Below are positions 1 through 8,806 of a stretch of DNA of 63,985 nt, in pieces; position 1 is the first letter of the stretch, and each line of letters opens with the position of its first letter. A model generated the notes under the pieces. The model ran no database searches, was not told where the DNA came from, and worked only from the letters and a program-made list of their open reading frames with translations. The DNA is from Acholeplasmataceae bacterium (GTDB taxonomy: Bacteria > Bacillota_I > Bacilli_A > ML615J-28 > CAG-313), in contig DUOG01000041.1 in NCBI GenBank assembly GCA_012838945.1, positions 1 to 63,985 on the forward strand, read 5' to 3'. Both the position numbers and the translations under genes were made by a program.

Positions 1-846
1 ATAAAGTTTTTGAGCATTCATCATTACTCGTTTGGCATTGAAATTGTATTTAGCACCAGCATCTTGTTGTAATGTGGAAGTGATAAATGGTGGACGAGAT
101 GCTCGCTTTCGATTTTTCTTGGTAATATCAGTTATTGTATAAGTTGCATTTTCTAAATCTTTTACTACTTTTTCGGTTTCTTCTTGATTGTTTAGTTTAA
201 TCTTTTGATCTACTTTTCCATAAAAAGCAGCTTTAAATGGAAAGTCATCCTTTTTCAGATGGGCAGCAATCTCCCAATATTCTTCTCTAACAAAGGCTTG
301 TATTTCCTTTTCGCGATCAACTACTAATTTTAATGCCACTGACTGGACACGACCAGCAGATTTAGATCCAAGTCGTTGTTGAAGTAAACTTGACAATCTA
401 AAGCCAATGATGCGGTCGAGAATTCGACGTGATTCTTGAGCATGAACTAGATCGATGTCAACCGTGCGAGGATTTTCTAATGCATTTAAAATGGCTGTTT
501 TAGTTATCTCATTAAAAACAATTCGAGAAACCTTTTCTTCTGGTTGGTTTAAGACTTCTTGTAAGTGCCAACTAATCGCTTCACCTTCACGGTCCGGGTC
601 AGTTGCTAAATAGATGCGTTCAGCAGCATTAGCCGCACTTACCAACTGTTTAATCAGTTCGCCTTTCCCTGGAAGAACGCGATACTCTGGTTTGAAGTTA
701 TTTTCAATATCTACACCAAAACCGCCTTTTCCTTTAACCTTTAGATCTCGAATATGTCCAACACTAGACATGACCTTATATTCTTTACCCAAATAGTTTT
801 CAATTGTTTTTGATTTAGCCGGGGATTCAACAATAATTAATTTCAT
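1..846 (-). CDS. topA: DNA topoisomerase I, N-terminal part (gene continues past the left edge)
   Basis: Reverse-strand translation from ATG at 846 reads MKLIIVESPAKSKTIENYLGKEYKVMSSVGHIRDL...ATDPDREGEAISWH, the Toprim signature of type IA topoisomerases. The frame stays open to position 1. It is missing from the ORF track because there is no stop inside the window. Confidence 0.9.
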   Translation of the reverse strand, partial: MKLIIVESPAKSKTIENYLGKEYKVMSSVGHIRDLKVKGKGGFGVDIENNFKPEYRVLPGKGELIKQLVSAANAAERIYLATDPDREGEAISWHLQEVLNQPEEKVSRIVFNEITKTAILNALENPRTVDIDLVHAQESRRILDRIIGFRLSSLLQQRLGSKSAGRVQSVALKLVVDREKEIQAFVREEYWEIAAHLKKDDFPFKAAFYGKVDQKIKLNNQEETEKVVKDLENATYTITDITKKNRKRASRPPFITSTLQQDAGAKYNFNAKRVMMNAQKLY

Positions 847-920
847 AAAATCTTCCTTTATATATAATATTATCTTATTTTCATTGTATTTTCAATTTCG
901 GAGTTATAAGAGCAGATATG

Positions 921-949
921 ATTATAACACTTGAAATGATAACTTGCAA
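921..949 (-). promoter_or_regulatory. Putative sigma-A promoter of topA
   Basis: Reverse strand: TTGCAA (949-944), 17-nt spacer, TATAAT (926-921), with TG one nt upstream of the -10 (extended -10). Confidence 0.5.
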
Positions 950-1034
950 CTATTTTAAAGTATTTTATGATGTTTTTCTCAATATATGATAATATGAAAT
1001 CATTTTTTAATGCAAGAAAATTTTAAAAAAATAC

Positions 1035-1064
1035 AAAAAATAGAACTACCAGATGGTAGTTCTA
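1035..1064 (-). terminator. Rho-independent terminator
   Basis: Perfect 10-bp stem TAGAACTACC/GGTAGTTCTA (1041-1050 / 1055-1064), 4-nt loop, then a run of six T on the reverse strand (1040-1035). Confidence 0.75.
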
Positions 1065-1265
1065 CGCATGAGCAAGAGCAAGTAACCGAAATAAAACCTT
1101 ATGCGATAATACAAGAAAAAAATAAACTTGACTAAAATACAGAAAAAGATCTAGTTGTTTAGCTCTTGTTGTCGGTTTTTTATTAGTCCCCCCGAACTTA
1201 CACTTATTCCCCATATAAGTATAAAATTAACCCCTTTTATAAAATCGCATCTCCTCTTTGCTCGT
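1035..1265 (-). ncRNA. Candidate structured small RNA or orphan transcription unit (about 230 nt; function unknown, 6S-like rod shape is only a guess)
   Basis: Extended -10 promoter TGaTATAAT (1280-1272) and the strong terminator at 1035-1064 bracket a region with no convincing ORF. Three nested complementary pairs: GAGCAAAGAG (1263-1254) with CUCUUGCUC (1078-1070); AUGCGAU (1250-1244) with AUCGCAU (1107-1101); GACUAA (1188-1183) with UUAGUC (1135-1130). A 50-aa ORF (1214-1062) lies inside but has no Shine-Dalgarno. Confidence 0.3.
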
Positions 1266-1402
1266 ACTTATATTATATCATAACAGTATTTATTATATTA
1301 TCAACTTTTCCAGTATAAATACATAAATTATTAATACTTTTATTATAAAAATATCTTACTTTTATACTTTAGCAGAAAAAACAACCTTTTTTGACCAGTT
1401 TA

Positions 1403-2650
1403 TTATTGAACATATTTTTGCAAATGATTAATATACTTGTTACTAATTTCAGCGACCTTCTTATATTTTCTCTGGTTTTCATAATAGTTAATTAGTTTAC
1501 AATAAAGTTGAATTCGCCAATCATATCCACAAAAAATGTCCTCATAACGCTCTAAGACTAATTCAATATGATACATTTTTTCTTCTTCATCGTGGATGGT
1601 AAAGCATTTAAGCAAATCTCGATAAAATGAACTACTAGGGGGAGGTAAGCGGCTTTGGATAAAGTTTGTTAGAAACTTTACTTCTTTTTCTAAGTTAAAC
1701 TTATCCAAAACTCCTAAAATATATAACAACCTTAAATAGTCATTGTTCATTATTCCCTTGTTCAGTAGTTCCAACATTTTTCTATAATTAATAATTATCT
1801 GGTCCACTTTTTTTTGTAAACCATAACAAAGCAATTGATAAGTTAGACAATTTTTAATTTCTTCCAAAAAGTTTAATTCATTAGCTCTAATCAAATTCTT
1901 TTCTAGTTCAACTACTGCCTCACCAACTTTATTAATAGTCAATAAGTTTAAGATATAAACATTTTTAGAAGCCACTATCCCTCTAAAGCAATCTTTCTTA
2001 CGGTAATATTCAATAGCTTTTTCAATGAATGATCGGCTGTAATAATGTTTATGGGTCCTAAGATACATTTTTCCTAATGTCATATAAACAAACCCATAAG
2101 CACAAGATTCTTCCGGAATATCTTTAGATAAATCTTCTATCTTAACCAAGAGATCGATTAACTCTTGATATGATAATTCTTTGTCATATGTCTGCGCAGC
2201 ATAGAAATAAATAAGTTGTTCTTTAGTTAAATAATCTTTAATCAATGAAAAGATATTTAAGTATTGATCTAAATATGCTGTTTTATCAAGGATAATTAAC
2301 AGTTGAATCATCACTACCAAATACTTAACTACCAATCTCTCATCTAAAAGCATTTGGATTCGATAATCCTCCAAAATCTCATAAAAATTGATGATATTAT
2401 TATGGGTATAGCTTAAGTTAAAAACACAATCACAATATTCATCAAGTTCTTGATTATACTCTTTAAATTCTAGATAACTTAGATTATCGGCACCTAAACG
2501 GTCTTTTAACAAGATTAGTTTTTCCTCGGATATTTGTTTTGTTCCTTTTATATAGGCATAATACATAGAAGGTGAACAAATATCTAGAGTAAGATCGATA
2601 GTAGAAATTCCATTTTCCTTCCGCAAATACTCAATAATGTGGCGTATCAT
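1403..2650 (-). CDS. XRE-type HTH transcriptional regulator with long TPR-like helical repeat domain (RNPP/Rgg/PlcR-like architecture)
   Basis: The track ORF is 1403-2665. The TTG at 2665 is unlikely; the ATG at 2650 follows GGGGGA plus 5 nt. N-terminal HTH (IRHIIEYLRKENGISTIDLTLDICSPSMYYAYIKGTKQISEEKLILLKDRLG) is followed by about 350 aa of Y/L-rich helical repeats. There is no terminator between rnhB and this gene. Confidence 0.65.
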   Translation of the reverse strand: MIRHIIEYLRKENGISTIDLTLDICSPSMYYAYIKGTKQISEEKLILLKDRLGADNLSYLEFKEYNQELDEYCDCVFNLSYTHNNIINFYEILEDYRIQMLLDERLVVKYLVVMIQLLIILDKTAYLDQYLNIFSLIKDYLTKEQLIYFYAAQTYDKELSYQELIDLLVKIEDLSKDIPEESCAYGFVYMTLGKMYLRTHKHYYSRSFIEKAIEYYRKKDCFRGIVASKNVYILNLLTINKVGEAVVELEKNLIRANELNFLEEIKNCLTYQLLCYGLQKKVDQIIINYRKMLELLNKGIMNNDYLRLLYILGVLDKFNLEKEVKFLTNFIQSRLPPPSSSFYRDLLKCFTIHDEEEKMYHIELVLERYEDIFCGYDWRIQLYCKLINYYENQRKYKKVAEISNKYINHLQKYVQ

Positions 2651-2697
2651 ATATATCCCCCGCAAACCTTAATATTACATAAATTAATAATCCACGC

Positions 2698-3309
2698 TTA
2701 GATTGCTTTCTTATGAGATGAAATAGGTTTGAAACTTCGACGATGTATCGGCAACACTCCATATTTTTCAATAGCTTCAAGGTGTTTTTTTGTTGGATAA
2801 CCTTTATGTCTATCGAAACCATACTCGGGGTAATGTTCAGCCATTTTAATCATATAATCATCTCGTGTCACTTTTGCAAGAATACTTGCACATCCAATGG
2901 TGTAACTTCTTAGATCTCCTTTAATAATCATCTCACTAGGGATGGGAAGTTTAAGATTAACTCCATCAACTAAGACATACGATGGTTGAATCTTATGATT
3001 ATTAATTGCCTTTATCATAGCCTTTTTACTAGCTTCTAAAATATTAATTCGATCTATTTCTTCTTCATCAATAAAACATATTTGAAAGTCCAACGCAATC
3101 TCTTTTATTTGTTCGGCTAATTGCCGTCTTTTTCGATCTGTTAATTTCTTAGAATCGGTCACTCCTTCAATAATATTATCTTTAGGCATGATTATACTAC
3201 ATGCTACCACTGGTCCAGCCAATGGTCCTCTTCCAACTTCATCAACACCAGCGATGTATTGATAACCTTCAGCATATACCTTTTGTTCAAATTCATAATT
3301 ATTCATCAT
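2698..3309 (-). CDS. rnhB: Ribonuclease HII
   Basis: 203 aa; GVDEVGRGPLAGPVVACSII catalytic DE motif and overall RNase HII layout. Overlaps the rbgA stop as in the Bacillus rbgA-rnhB pair. Confidence 0.95.
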   Translation of the reverse strand: MMNNYEFEQKVYAEGYQYIAGVDEVGRGPLAGPVVACSIIMPKDNIIEGVTDSKKLTDRKRRQLAEQIKEIALDFQICFIDEEEIDRINILEASKKAMIKAINNHKIQPSYVLVDGVNLKLPIPSEMIIKGDLRSYTIGCASILAKVTRDDYMIKMAEHYPEYGFDRHKGYPTKKHLEAIEKYGVLPIHRRSFKPISSHKKAI

Positions 3310-4138
3310 ATCGATCCCATGTTATCTTTCCTAAACGTCCATTTCTAATATCTTGTAAGATCATGCGACCAACCTGTTCGCGGTCGACACTTTGATTAGC
3401 ACGATACATTTTCTTTTGATGACCTAGTTCATTAATTATATTAATAGGATCTAAATTAGTATCAATTTGATAATAATCTAAAGCGTTGGAATAGTGTTCT
3501 TTTAAAAACTGAAGGGCATATAGTGCAACATCTTCAATTGGTAATATATCATCCTTAATAGCACCAGTTATTGCGAGATGGTATCCAGTTGTTTGATCAT
3601 CAAATTTCGGCCATAACACCCCTGGTGTATCAAGTAATTCAAAATCATTGTTAACTTTTATCCATTGTTGAGCTTTGGTAATTCCCGGACGGTCACCTGT
3701 TGTTGTTACCTTCTTATTAACTAAAGCATTAATTAGAGTTGACTTTCCGACATTAGGAATACCTAAGATCATTGCTCGAATAGGACGCGGCTTTAAACCT
3801 TTTGCGGCGTCTTTTGCTCTTTTTTCCTTTAATAATTCATTTGCATACTTTGCAATACGATTAATATTCGTTTTTCTCACACTGTTTATTAACAGTGAAG
3901 TTCGGTTTTCACCTTCAAGAGTGGCCTGCCATTTTTTCGTTTCGCTTAAATCGGCCTTATCCATCTTGGCTAATAAATATAAGATTGGTTTGTTACCAAC
4001 CACTTCTTCAATTAAAGGATTGTAAGAGGATTTTGGAGCTCTTGCATCTAATAGTACAAATGCTAGATCACAAATTTTTACTTTTTCTTGTATTTCTTTT
4101 TTGGCTTTGGCCATATGGCCAGGAAACCATTGAATCAT
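3299..4138 (-). CDS. rbgA: Ribosome biogenesis GTPase A (YlqF)
   Basis: 279 aa; starts MIQWFPGHMAKAKKEI. Circularly permuted GTPase motifs (LAKMDKAD ... GIPNVGKSTLINAL ... DTPG). Confidence 0.95.
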   Translation of the reverse strand: MIQWFPGHMAKAKKEIQEKVKICDLAFVLLDARAPKSSYNPLIEEVVGNKPILYLLAKMDKADLSETKKWQATLEGENRTSLLINSVRKTNINRIAKYANELLKEKRAKDAAKGLKPRPIRAMILGIPNVGKSTLINALVNKKVTTTGDRPGITKAQQWIKVNNDFELLDTPGVLWPKFDDQTTGYHLAITGAIKDDILPIEDVALYALQFLKEHYSNALDYYQIDTNLDPINIINELGHQKKMYRANQSVDREQVGRMILQDIRNGRLGKITWDRYDE

Positions 4139-4148
4139 ATTATCACCT

Positions 4149-4964
4149 TTATCCTTTTTTACCTACAACAACCCCTACAATATCTTCTTCACGAACAAAT
4201 CCCATTCTTCGGCTATCATAACTATTGTTACGATTATCTCCCATTACAAAGTAGTGTCCTTCAGGAACATATCCAATATAATCTTCGGAAAAATAATCTT
4301 TAGGCAGATAGTCCTCGAAATAAGGAACATCATTAATATAGACATAAAACTTATGAGTTTTCTTTAACTCAATCTTATCTCCGGGCATTCCAATCAACCG
4401 CTTAATATATAATTGTTGATATGAAGAAAGTGAATTGTAATATTCCGGACGGACATCAACCACCACAATATCAAACCTTTTTGGCTTTTTGTAATGAAGC
4501 ATTACAACTTCATCTCCGTCATAATAGGTTGGCTCCATTGATTGTCCACTAACTTCATTTACACTAATGATATAAATATTAATGAACATTGCGGCTACGG
4601 CACAAATTGGAATAAGGGAAATTCCGTCTAAAATATTAAAGAGTCTTTTTTTATGTTTATAATTTGCCTTAAAAAATGGTTTGTCCAAAAATTTTGGTTT
4701 GATTAAGACAATTGGAGTTATCACTAGACCAATCATTGATATTATTAAAGAAACAGTAATAATGATTGAAAGATAACGTGACAAGAAATTATTAGTTCGG
4801 CCAAAGAGTTGATGGGTATCGGCTGCTTTCAATCCAAAATAAATAATACTGGTTAAAAGAAAGACCATCGTCTTGTAGAATAGTTTTTGATTGATGACTA
4901 GACGGTCTCTTAATGGATTGTTTTTCTGGTAGTGCCGGATAAGGTAATTATTTTTATTTATCAC
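4149..4964 (-). CDS. lepB: Signal peptidase I (P-type) with extended multi-TM N-terminus
   Basis: 271 aa; SGQSMEPT (catalytic Ser box), YIKRLIG (Lys box), GDNRNNSYDSR box. About 130 aa with three hydrophobic segments precede the catalytic domain. Confidence 0.9.
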   Translation of the reverse strand: MINKNNYLIRHYQKNNPLRDRLVINQKLFYKTMVFLLTSIIYFGLKAADTHQLFGRTNNFLSRYLSIIITVSLIISMIGLVITPIVLIKPKFLDKPFFKANYKHKKRLFNILDGISLIPICAVAAMFINIYIISVNEVSGQSMEPTYYDGDEVVMLHYKKPKRFDIVVVDVRPEYYNSLSSYQQLYIKRLIGMPGDKIELKKTHKFYVYINDVPYFEDYLPKDYFSEDYIGYVPEGHYFVMGDNRNNSYDSRRMGFVREEDIVGVVVGKKG

Positions 4965-7003
4965 TACGAAAACTCCTTTTGTCTTTTTTCTAGAATCTCT
5001 TCCAATTCTTCCAACGTCACTAGTACTTCGCGTTGTTTACCGCGCACGGTACCACTCACAATACCTACTCGCTCCATTTCATTAAGCATATCATTAGTTC
5101 GATTAAACCCCATATTAAAGACTTGGGTTAAGCGATTATTGGATGCATTATTATTTTCAACAACATATCGGGCCACTTCTTCAAACATTTCGTCATTGAA
5201 AGTGCCACCTGTTTCTTGAGCAATAACTTCTTTTTGTAATTGTTCTTCAGTAAATAGGTAATTCACTGTTCCACTTTGACGTAAATAAGCAGTTACCCGG
5301 TTTATTTCTTTATCAGTAACGAAGGCTCCTTGGAGTCGTTGTTCGGAAATACCACTGGAATATAACATATCACCAAGACCGAGGAGTTTATCAGCACCAC
5401 CATGGTCTAAAATTGTTACTGAATCCACTGCTGATGCAACCTTAAAAGCGATACGAACCGGGATGTTATTTTTAATGCTACCTCTAATGATATCAGTCGA
5501 AGGACGTTGGGTAGCTACAATTAAATGAATTCCAGCTGCTCTTGCTTTTTGAGTAATGCGTTGAATATTACTTTCAACTTCACTAGCAGCAACAATCATC
5601 AAATCTGCTAACTCATCAATGATGATAACGATCCGTGGCATCAAAGTTTGACGCTCACGCATCATTAATTCATTATAACTTTTAATATCACGTACTCGAT
5701 AACTCTTAAAAGTATTGAAACGATTTTCCATCTCTTCAACAACCCAGCGAAGGGCGGCTGCTGCCATTTTGGTGTCAGTAATTACTGGAGTTGCTAGATG
5801 TGGAATCTCATCATAGGCAGCTAGTTCAACCATCTTAGGGTCAATTAAAATTAGCCTTAATTCTTCTGGGGTGTTTTTATACAATAAACTAATTAATACT
5901 GAGTTAATACAAACACTCTTTCCACTACCAGTCATCCCAGCAATCAACCCGTGCGGCATCTTATGAATGTCGGAATAAACATACTGACCGCCCAAATCAA
6001 TTCCAAGCGCAACTAGTAGTTTATCATCGCTTTGTAAAAATTCTTCATTTTTAATCAAATCACCCAAAAAGACCGTTTCTCTTATCTTATTGGGAACTTC
6101 AATTCCTCCATAGTTCTTACCAGGAACCGGAATTTGTAAACGAATTTCGGTTGCTGAAAGATTCATCTTCAAATTATCAGCAATCTTATTAACCTCTTTA
6201 ACGTTAACTCCGGCATTTAAACTAATTTGAAATTGGGTAACCGATGGACCCTTTACATAATTAATAACTTGTCCACCAATATTGAATTGACGAAGAGTAT
6301 CATCAATGATAGCGGCTTGTTCATCGAGCCAATCAGTGTCAATTATCTTATCTTCTTTTCCACTCTCCAATAAACTTAAACTTGGGAAAGTATAACCATG
6401 ACGTTGTTTCGTTACCACTGGCTTAGGAGATGGTTTGGGTGTATCTTTTATTGGAGGGGTATGATTTGTCACTTCTGATGCCGAACTATAATAATCCTTT
6501 ACATTATTGGGATAATAATATACTGGACTAGTATCGACATTACGTTTTTCTTCAAAAAACTCATTAATGTTTTTTTGATCATCCAAGTGTTCTTCATCAA
6601 AAACAATTATTTCATCATTTGTAATTATTGGTGCTGGTTCTTTCTCAGGCTCAGATTTTCTAATCGGCCTTAATACACCGGTCTTTAAATATTCTTTTGC
6701 TTGTTCTGAAGTATAGATTCCATTAAACTCAAAATATTCAGTACCATATTCTTTTTTGAAATCATTTTTTTGATGGCGCTTATCATTTTGATTTCGAAAA
6801 CTTTCATAACGAAGACCTTTATTACCTCGAACCTCTACTCCTGGTGGGAGTGGCGATTGATTTTTTTGGCGACCAAGGATTGGAGAAACAAAAACAGAAC
6901 TTGGATCTTCATTTTTAATTGGTTCATCTTCAATACGAGGGATTTTTACATCTTCTTCTTCAATTGTTGGGATATAAAAAACACGCTTTTTGTTCTCTTT
7001 CAT
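4964..7003 (-). CDS. FtsK/SpoIIIE-family DNA translocase lacking N-terminal membrane domain (SftA-like)
   Basis: 679 aa; Walker A GMTGSGKSV, Walker B IIIDELADLM, C-terminal winged-helix gamma-like domain. The first roughly 210 aa are charged and Pro-rich with no hydrophobic helix. Confidence 0.9.
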   Translation of the reverse strand: MKENKKRVFYIPTIEEEDVKIPRIEDEPIKNEDPSSVFVSPILGRQKNQSPLPPGVEVRGNKGLRYESFRNQNDKRHQKNDFKKEYGTEYFEFNGIYTSEQAKEYLKTGVLRPIRKSEPEKEPAPIITNDEIIVFDEEHLDDQKNINEFFEEKRNVDTSPVYYYPNNVKDYYSSASEVTNHTPPIKDTPKPSPKPVVTKQRHGYTFPSLSLLESGKEDKIIDTDWLDEQAAIIDDTLRQFNIGGQVINYVKGPSVTQFQISLNAGVNVKEVNKIADNLKMNLSATEIRLQIPVPGKNYGGIEVPNKIRETVFLGDLIKNEEFLQSDDKLLVALGIDLGGQYVYSDIHKMPHGLIAGMTGSGKSVCINSVLISLLYKNTPEELRLILIDPKMVELAAYDEIPHLATPVITDTKMAAAALRWVVEEMENRFNTFKSYRVRDIKSYNELMMRERQTLMPRIVIIIDELADLMIVAASEVESNIQRITQKARAAGIHLIVATQRPSTDIIRGSIKNNIPVRIAFKVASAVDSVTILDHGGADKLLGLGDMLYSSGISEQRLQGAFVTDKEINRVTAYLRQSGTVNYLFTEEQLQKEVIAQETGGTFNDEMFEEVARYVVENNNASNNRLTQVFNMGFNRTNDMLNEMERVGIVSGTVRGKQREVLVTLEELEEILEKRQKEFS

Positions 7004-7031
7004 AATTATCCAAACCTTTCATTAACATTTT

Positions 7032-7826
7032 CTAGTTCTCAGTTTCCTCAAGCGTATCGAACAAACTATCAATATCTGAGGTCTTAAGTTTGCTTTCCAC
7101 ATTAAAGATACTTTTACTATACACTTTATTAGTTTCATCAGCCACGATATCAATGACCGCCAGGGCCATTTTATCAATCACAATACTAAAGGTAGAGCCA
7201 ATTACTAGTTTGTTAAACCAATAGAGCGGATTAGCATAATTCAACGCCATCTTGGTATATTTGAAGAAAGTAGGAACCTTTAGTTTATTGGCTGCTTTCA
7301 TAATTTTTGCTTCATCAATCTTTTTCTTGTAGTCAACAATCTTTAAGATTTGAGCAATATTCATCTTACGGAAAGGAACTAAAATCTTCTTCTCAAAGAT
7401 TGAATCAACTCTTTTTGTAATATATTCATTTAACTCAATAATTTCGTTAATTGATAACTCATATAGCGGATACATAGAGTTAGGATAATATGTACTAGCA
7501 ATTGTATTGATTGTTTCAGCTAAGATTTTCTTTAGTACTTCAACCTTTTCACCGGTATTTAATCCTGATGTGTCTTCTTGATAACGAACCTTGAGATCGT
7601 AAATAGCTTTTTCAAGTTGTCCCTCATCAGGTTTATGCTTTATTTTTAATGAATCTTTATTTTCAACATCCTTTAATGACCTTACCACAATTAATCCATA
7701 AACTGAACCAAAAATAAGAAAACCTATAAACATTCCGGTAAATAAAATCATAAAAGATTTAAAATTGAAATTACTGAGAAGATCAGTAAAGAATTTATCT
7801 ATTCGTTCAAATGCCAGAAAATACAT
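7032..7826 (-). CDS. Hypothetical single-pass membrane protein
   Basis: 264-aa ORF; one N-terminal TM (FMILFTGMFIGFLIFGSVYGLIVV); lies 28 nt upstream of the translocase gene on the same strand. No recognisable motif. Confidence 0.6.
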   Translation of the reverse strand: MYFLAFERIDKFFTDLLSNFNFKSFMILFTGMFIGFLIFGSVYGLIVVRSLKDVENKDSLKIKHKPDEGQLEKAIYDLKVRYQEDTSGLNTGEKVEVLKKILAETINTIASTYYPNSMYPLYELSINEIIELNEYITKRVDSIFEKKILVPFRKMNIAQILKIVDYKKKIDEAKIMKAANKLKVPTFFKYTKMALNYANPLYWFNKLVIGSTFSIVIDKMALAVIDIVADETNKVYSKSIFNVESKLKTSDIDSLFDTLEETEN

Positions 7827-7963
7827 ACAATCACTTCTTTCTATTCAACATCATTTTACTACAAAAACTATTGTTTTTCAATTCATTTATAGTTTTTGTT
7901 TCTTATTGCTTTGCAAAAAGGATTTTACCTATGTTATAATCATTAAGACTGCGAGGTGATAAA

Positions 7964-8773
7964 ATGAAACGATACTTAATAGCCCTTGATCTTGATGGTA
8001 CCTTGATGAAAAGCTTTGGTGAGTATGATCAAGAGACTTTTGATTATTTAAAAACCTTAACCAAGGCTGGTCATTTAATCGTTTTGGCAACAGGAAGACC
8101 GTATCGTTCAAGTCGTTTCATTTATGACTTGCTTGATCTTAATACACCATTAATTAATTACAATGGAGCTATTGTCCATCATCCCAAAGATAAAAACTTC
8201 CCCCGCTATGATTTATATATAAAAAAGGATCAACTCGTTGATATCTTAAAACATAACCAAGAAGGATTAATCAATGTTTTTTGTGAAATCAATGATGATA
8301 TTTATGTCCATCGATTTAATGAAGAGATCGAACCTTATCTTCACCTTGAGGGTGGAAAACTAACGGTTGGACCGCTTGATGAAATTTTAGATGGTGACCC
8401 TAATGGTGCCCTGGTCTTCGTGGAAAATGATTGTGCAGTTCAAATGGCACGCTACATTTATCAAAATTATTCCCAAAATCTTTTAGTTCGTTTTTGGCCA
8501 ACTGAACTATTCAATATTTTAGAAATCTATAATAAGCGAACCAACAAAGGTGCTGGCCTCATGCGAATCGCTAATTACTATAACATTCCTAAAGAAAATA
8601 TTATTGCGATTGGGGATGGCCACAATGATATTGAAATGTTACAAGCAGCAGGAATTAAAGTAGCGATGGGTGATAGTCACCCTGAACTATTAAACGTTGC
8701 TAACCACCATACTTTAGGTTGTGAAGAAAATGGTGTTTTAGTCTTTTTACAAAACTTTTTTAACAATAAGTAA
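7964..8773 (+). CDS. Cof-type HAD-IIB family hydrolase (sugar phosphatase-like)
   Basis: 269 aa; DLDGTL motif I, GDGHNDIEML motif IV, cap-domain length typical of the Cof/YidA subfamily. Confidence 0.85.
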   Translation: MKRYLIALDLDGTLMKSFGEYDQETFDYLKTLTKAGHLIVLATGRPYRSSRFIYDLLDLNTPLINYNGAIVHHPKDKNFPRYDLYIKKDQLVDILKHNQEGLINVFCEINDDIYVHRFNEEIEPYLHLEGGKLTVGPLDEILDGDPNGALVFVENDCAVQMARYIYQNYSQNLLVRFWPTELFNILEIYNKRTNKGAGLMRIANYYNIPKENIIAIGDGHNDIEMLQAAGIKVAMGDSHPELLNVANHHTLGCEENGVLVFLQNFFNNK

Positions 8774-8780
8774 TAAAAAT

Positions 8781-8806
8781 GCATCGGGATTGCCCGATGC
8801 TTTTTT
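8781..8806. terminator. Bidirectional Rho-independent terminator between convergent genes
   Basis: GCATCGGG-ATTG-CCCGATGC hairpin (8781-8800) flanked by an A run upstream and TTTTTT downstream. Confidence 0.8.

Noticed and set aside
1227-1250. A 7-codon ORF (MRFYKRG) directly after AAAGAGGAG, considered as a possible signalling peptide for the RNPP-like regulator.
   Set aside because: The ATG abuts the SD with zero spacing. Seven residues with no hydrophobic export segment do not resemble any known RNPP pro-peptide.
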